This document shows positions 49,862 to 55,296 of a stretch of DNA of 55,296 nucleotides, one piece after another. The position numbers and the translations under genes are program-made. The DNA comes from Basidiobolus meristosporus CBS 931.73 (lineage: Eukaryota > Fungi > Basidiobolomycota): positions 1-55,296 of the forward strand of contig MCFE01000590.1 of assembly GCA_002104905.1 (NCBI GenBank), read 5' to 3'. Numbering within the stretch: position 1 is the stretch's first letter; every line of letters begins with the position of its first letter. The notes under the pieces were generated by a model that worked only from the letters and a program-made list of their open reading frames with translations, was not told where the DNA came from and did no database searches.

Positions 49862-52800
49862 ATGAGCAGTCAAAGTGACGAAATTCCCGGACCCAAGCCC
49901 CAGTAAGCCCTTGACATCGTACCGCCCACGCTGATCGTTCCTTAACTCTGAAAACAACAGCATTCTACTTGGAAACGTGCAAGACATCATACCTGATACG
50001 ATCGGCAATCACAGGCGCCTTCATGATGAGTATGGCCCAGTGATGCGCTTATATCTGGGTGGGCATGACTTTGTATCAATATGCGATCCAGAGGTGATCC
50101 AGTCCATCACTGGTGAAGGGGATTTCACCAAAGAAATCTACAGTGCCTACGAAGACCTTGCCATACTGAGCGGTCGAGGGTTGGTCACCACAGCTACAAA
50201 AGACCCAGGTTGGTGGATGAGGCTATTAGGCAGTTGGCGAGTTCTTCTAATCGATGATTCTAGACTGGATTCTTGCCCACAAATTACTGATGCCGGCCTT
50301 CAGCGCTCGTGCCATGAAGGTTGAAGATAGGGCGCGGCTAGTGTCATTGTCAATACGCTAACTTCTTTGTCTATACAGGCGTATCATGATATCATGGGTA
50401 AATGCATCCTAGATCTGCTTAAGATCATGGAATCATACCAGGAATGTGGCGAGGCAATCGACATGTCTCGTTGGATGATCTCTCTTGCGTTAGAGAGTAT
50501 AGGAGTAATTGGCTTTGGATATAACTTTAATCTCCTTGATGACAAAGATAGCGAGGTACTTCTATCCCCCATCCCCCATCCCCCGTATCCATATACTATG
50601 GAACTGACCGCCTTACTCGATTTGCATTAGCGACATCCCTTCTCAGTCGCATTGAATTATGTTCAAAGCATGATCATGAAACGAACCAATTCTGTCACGT
50701 GGACGAAGTGGTTACAAACCACAGCCAACGTGAGATTTCGTCGAGACCTGGCCACTCTAAGAGATACTGTAGACGATGTTCTGAAGCAACGCAGATTGAA
50801 TCCCCCCTCGGAGGATGCCAGGAGAGATTTATTGGACTTCATGCTTGCCGCCGAGTCCAAACAAGGGGAAAAACTGGATGATAATCTTATACGAGATGAG
50901 ATCATTACGTTCCTAAGTGCAGGTATGTCAGCCAGAGCCCAGGATGATGGCCTGTTTACTGAGACGTATCCTAGGACATAACACCACTTCCTCGTTCCTC
51001 AGTTGGACTTTCTTCGAGTTGGCACGCAATCCTGATGTAGAGCAAAAGATACTCCAAGAGATAGTGAATGCTGGCATAAAGCCGGGGGAGATCCCGTCAA
51101 CGGAGCAAGTGGCGAAGTGCAAGTACATCGACATGGTGATTAAGGAGTCGTTGAGATTCCATTCGCCCATCCCACTGGTCATCAAGTATTGCCAAAACGA
51201 TTGCACGATCAAGACCTCCGAGGGAAAAGAATACGAGATCAAACGAGGCCAACTCGCACAAATCCAGATCTCTGCTGTGCACAAGGACCCGAAATTATGG
51301 GAGAATCCGAACGTGTTTGACCCTGAACGCTTCAACCCCGAGAAAGAGGCCGATAGGCATCCATGTGCATGGATCCCATTCAGCGATGGCCCGAGGGCAT
51401 GCATAGGAAGACAATTCTCCTTGCAGGAAGGAAAACTCGCCCTGATTATGCTTCTGTGCAAGTTCCGCTTCCGTCTACTGGATGAAACCAAAGAGGTCGG
51501 GTACCAGATAATTGTCTCGCTAAAACCCGTAGACCTTATCATGAAAGTTCTACCCGCTGAACTGCCTTCCCCAAATGCAGGGTCAGACACCTCAAGTGTT
51601 AAGGACACCGTTAAGCCGCAGCTGAAGCCAAAAGAAAACGAGGTACTCGAGCATGCGAGATTCCCACTCCCCCCAGTTACGTTCCTCTATGGAACCCAAA
51701 CGGGCACCTCAGAGGAATACGCCAGAAAACTGTCTGGCCAGGCAAAGGAATTTGGATTCACTGACATTGCTGTTGCTGAACTTGATGACTGGGAGGTAGT
51801 CAAAAACAACCGCATTCCTAGCAACAAGGGCCAGAGTTCCCCTAGCGACGAAGATGGTACCAAGGTATCCCAGTTGGCGGTGATTGTTACTGCCACTTAC
51901 AATGGCTATCCTCCAGACAATGCATTGAAGTTCGATAGTTGGTTGACCGATATTACTAAAGACCAGAAGAACCAATTGGAAGGGCTTTTGTACGCGGTCT
52001 TCGGCTGTGGTAACAAGCAATGGCAGTCAACATTCCAGGCATTTCCCAAGAAGGTCGATGCCTCTATAGAGCTTCTAGGTGCTGAGAGATTGGTCCCTGC
52101 GGGGGCCGGCAATGCTGATCAGGATATTGATGGCGACTTCACCAACTGGTCTGCTAGCTTTTGGGCTGCTCTGATGCAGAAATATGGGCGGGGTGCATCC
52201 GACAAAGACGCTGATCTGATGACCACATCGGGTCCTGTCGCGGACCCATCGAATGATTTCACCTTGGAATTCTTACCGCTTGGCGGAGACCAAGCTGCGA
52301 TGGAGGCGGCACTTGGCAATAGAAATTCCGACCCAGGCGCACAGGTTGCGATATTAGAAAACAAGGAGTTGCAAGACGTCGAGAAAAGCGGCCGAAGTAC
52401 CCGGCACATAGTGGTAGAGTGTCCCCCTGCATCCCCTGGGTCGGGAAAGAAAGCTAGTTATAGGGCAGGAGATCATTTGGAGATCAAGCCGTACAATGAC
52501 GACCAGCTTGTGGAAAACATTGCCATTGGCTTTGGTTATGTGCTAGACTCAGTGTTCCAAATCAAAGATTGCAAGATCACAAATTTGTCCCCACGCTCGC
52601 TTGCAGCAAATATCATCGGCCCGTGCACCGTCAGAAACGCACTCACTTATTTTGCCGATTTATCTGGGCCCCCCACGAGATACACCCTCACGGTGATGGC
52701 GAAGCAGCTCGAGAAAACGCGGCCGGATGTCGCAGAAAGATTGTTGCATGCACTGCAACCCGGGAAAGAAACACCTCGGCTTAGGGAGTTTCTAAGCACT

Positions 52801-53633
52801 CATCGGACGATTCTCGACATCCAACGGGCGTTCAAGATAAAGGAGCTCAGTTTCAAAGAGTTCCTAAGCTCTGTCAATGTGATAGTTCCTCGAAGATACT
52901 CGATCTCCAGTGGTCCCCTTGAGCATCCGAATGAAGTCTCTGTGGTAAGTGAAGCGAGCACGCTGTTAGGAAATCGAAATAACCATGTTGTTGTTTGCAT
53001 TTCTAGACCGTGGGGGTAGTTAAAGATATTGGAGGTGCCGACAACAATACAGACTATTACGGCCTTGCTTCTGGGTACTTGATGAGATGCCCTATAGGCT
53101 CCAAAATTGACGCCAAAATCAAGCCGTGCAAGAACAACTTCCGCCTGCCAGAGAATGAGCAAACTCCGGTCATCTTTATCTGTGCAGGAACAGGTTTTGC
53201 ACCGTTCAGAGGTTTCCTTCAAGAGCGCCATGCTAAAGGTTGGAAGAGCAAGGAGAAAGGAGGGTCATCAGACGCCTATTTGTTTTTCGGATGTAGACAT
53301 CCTGACCACGATTTCATCTATCAAAAAGAGCTTGAGGAGTATCTTGAGGATGGAACGTTGACCAAGTTGTATACCACATTCTCGCGCTATAATCAGACCA
53401 AGAAGTACGTCCAGCATTTGCTTTTAACTCACGCCCAGCTTCTGTTCAACCTTATTATGAACGAGAATGCAAATATCTATGTGTGCGGTGCTGGTAGGGG
53501 GATGGCCCATGACGTTAGACGAACCTTCGAAAGACTGGCTGTTCAAGTGGCTGGCATGTCTGAACCTGAAGCTGTTGATGCCATATCACATATGGTGGAT
53601 GCTGAACGCTATAATGAGGATGTTTGGGGATAG
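49862..53633 (+). CDS. Self-sufficient cytochrome P450-NADPH reductase fusion (CYP102/CYP505-like architecture), multi-exon
   Basis: P450 domain (IPGPKP, KESLRF, FDPERF, FSDGPRACIG) is fused in frame to flavodoxin (FLYGTQTGTSEEYA, TATYNG, YAVFGCGN) and FAD/NADPH domains (RRYSISS, GTGFAPFRGF, FFGCR, IYVCG, RYNEDVWG). Confidence 0.93.
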
Positions 53634-53988
53634 GCAATCTGCTTGTAAATTTTAGTAGTTGCTCATCTCCGATCAATGATATTTCTTAAAATAAACCAGA
53701 GGGAAGTACAGAGGACAATCAAAGAACAAAACACCGGAATCTGAAATGGTAATACAAAGTGCACACCAATTCTACTGAATGCTCTGGTAGAGGAACTCAA
53801 TACATCCGTTGGGATAGTGGGCTTGGTTTCTATATGTAGGGTCTTCTGAGCAATGCCGCTTAGGGGAGGGAAAGTCACCAAAGTAGGTGAAATCTTTATT
53901 TGATTTCAGACAAGTCTAACTACAAATAAAGAAGCCAGCTGGGAATAAAAGATTCCCAAAGTAAACACTAAGTTGAATATGAATAAAT

Positions 53989-54717
53989 CTAAGCTAAAGT
54001 TAAGGCAGTATCCCAGAGTACACTGGAGTTCAGGTTCATGGGGGAGTGAAGTAGATAAGCTTGAGAGATATAATAATCTTTTAAGAAGTGGGTAACAGCA
54101 GGTGAAGGGGAGTTTTTGATAAGTGAAGTGAATCTTGAGATCAGAGATTCCTCTAATGAGAAGGTCTTGTAAACTGGAGAATCAGGAAACTCTTTGAAGG
54201 CATGGTCAGTAGGTTCCCAGTAAAACTGGTCAGAGACATTTTGAGAGAATTGTTTAGCAATACTTTTGTCAAGTACTACCTCCAGAGTGTGATGGTCGAT
54301 AAATCTCATGTTGACAATCTTGGATAAGTTGTAACCTTGTTGCTTGAGATACATCCTATGCTCAGATATGGGAATAAACTCCACATTGGCAAAGTAGCAG
54401 ACAGCCCAGTCAGTAGCAGGAGGCAAATCAGAAGTGGCAGGAAACTTTCTTTTGGTCTTGGGAGGAGCAGCAGGATGTCTTGAGGAAGCAGGAACAGACT
54501 TTTTGACAACTTCAGAGTAGGAAGAGTGAGCAGGAGCAGATGATTCTTGAGGAGTCTTGTTGGCAGGAAGAGTTGTCTCAGGGACAATAGATTCTTGCAG
54601 ATCAGAGAAGGCAGAAAAGAGCTTTTGAACTTGTTTCTTGAGTAGAGCATTTTCAGCTTCAACAAGTGCAAGCCTTTCCTCAAGGAAAGAAATCTGAAGG
54701 GAATGGAGTGAAGGCAT
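53989..54717 (-). CDS. LINE ORF1/gag-like protein (coiled coil, low-complexity linker, putative RRM-like domain), 242 aa from ATG 54717
   Basis: N-terminal heptad LEERLALVEAENALLKKQVQKL, SYSEVVKK motif, and CYFANVEFIPISEHRMYLKQQGYNLSKIVNMRFI...PAVTHFL, which from memory resembles ORF1 of early-diverging-fungal LINEs (not searched). Confidence 0.6.
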   Translation of the reverse strand: MPSLHSLQISFLEERLALVEAENALLKKQVQKLFSAFSDLQESIVPETTLPANKTPQESSAPAHSSYSEVVKKSVPASSRHPAAPPKTKRKFPATSDLPPATDWAVCYFANVEFIPISEHRMYLKQQGYNLSKIVNMRFIDHHTLEVVLDKSIAKQFSQNVSDQFYWEPTDHAFKEFPDSPVYKTFSLEESLISRFTSLIKNSPSPAVTHFLKDYYISQAYLLHSPMNLNSSVLWDTALTLA

Positions 54718-54758
54718 AAGAAATAAGAAGAAGAGGGTAAGATGGGGTGGGTGGGTGG

Positions 54759-55071
54759 GAAAATTAGCAGGGAGAAGAGAAGGAAGGAGCAAAAGTTCCA
54801 GAAGTCAGAATTTATAGATGGATGGACAAGGGTAGAGGGATGGATTATTCCTGGGTTAGGAAAATTAGCAGGGAGAAGAGAAGGAAGGAGCAAAAATTCC
54901 AGAAGTCAGAATTTATAGATGGATGGACAAGGGTAGAGGGATGGATTATTCCTGGGTTAGGAAAATTAGCAGGGAGAAGAGAAGGAAGGAGCAAAAATTC
55001 CAGAAGTCAGAATTTATAGATGGATGGACAAGGGTAGAGGGATGGATTATTCCTGGGTTAGGAAAATTAGC
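54759..55071 (+). repeat. Subtelomeric 101-bp tandem repeat, three copies plus a 10-bp partial
   Basis: Units start at 54759, 54860, 54961 and 55062; one mismatch is seen in unit 1; each full unit ends GGGTTAG. Confidence 0.95.
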
Positions 55072-55073
55072 AC

Positions 55074-55296
55074 TTAGGGTTAGGGTTAGGGTTAGGGTTA
55101 GGGTTAGGGTTAGGGTTAGGTTAGGGTTAGGGTTAGGGTTAGGGTTAGGGTTAGGGTTAGGGTTAGGGTTAGGGTTAGGGTTAGGTTAGGGTTAGGGTTA
55201 GGGTTAGGGTTAGGGTTAGGGTTAGGGTTAGGGTTAGGGTTAGGGTTAGGGTTAGGGTTAGGGTTAGGGTTAGGGTTAGGGTTAGGGTTAGGGTTA
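55074..55296 (+). repeat. Telomeric repeat (TTAGGG)n, chromosome end
   Basis: Continuous TTAGGG array to the end of the window, with two TTAGG variants (~55116 and ~55181). Confidence 0.98.

Larger units (their letters stand above)
53860..55071 (-). mobile_element. Candidate telomere-associated ORF1-only non-LTR retroelement
   Basis: Abrupt switch to nearly CpG-free sequence; a single intact ORF; 5' tandem repeats abutting the telomere; minus-strand AATAAA at 53895-53900 and a TTAGGGGAGGG motif at the inner junction. Confidence 0.5.

Noticed and set aside
54923-55189. ORF ending in RVRVRV/LGLGLG
   Set aside because: It is a translation of the 101-bp and TTAGGG repeats, not a gene.
55110-55190. 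Two TTAGG variant telomere units
   Set aside because: Cannot be distinguished from homopolymer sequencing error, given other apparent indels in this window.

Overview
Right-hand chromosome end of an intron-containing eukaryote, most likely an early-diverging fungus (inference from gene content, short GT-AG introns and a TTAGGG telomere). There are three zones. (1) About 1-21.5 kb is a strongly CpG-depleted block of nested, mostly decayed transposons: foldback/MITE elements with 3-bp TSDs, a DDE_Tnp_4 transposase relic, two head-to-head Ty1/copia elements, and a chromodomain Ty3/gypsy element inserted in one copia and itself interrupted by a 1.2-kb TG..CA insert. (2) About 21.9-53.6 kb is a compact, CpG-normal gene region: MCD4/PIGN, REX4, HPRT, POS5-like NAD(H) kinase, a BTB protein, a bacterial RutG-like nucleobase permease, a frameshifted P450, a GNAT, a mitochondrial carrier, RNase T2, a PGM2-type phosphopentomutase, a Mut-7/EXD3 exonuclease, a RING-H2 ligase, a small secreted protein and a P450-reductase fusion. 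(3) About 53.86-55.3 kb is a nearly CpG-free terminal element carrying one intact LINE-ORF1-like gene whose 5' end faces the telomere. It has three 101-bp tandem repeats capped directly by (TTAGGG)n and a telomere-like motif at its inner junction. This terminal element, a candidate ORF1-only telomere-associated retroelement, is the most novel-looking item. The next most interesting is a possible RNA-scavenging/nucleotide-salvage gene neighbourhood. All calls come from reading motifs by eye; no searches were run.
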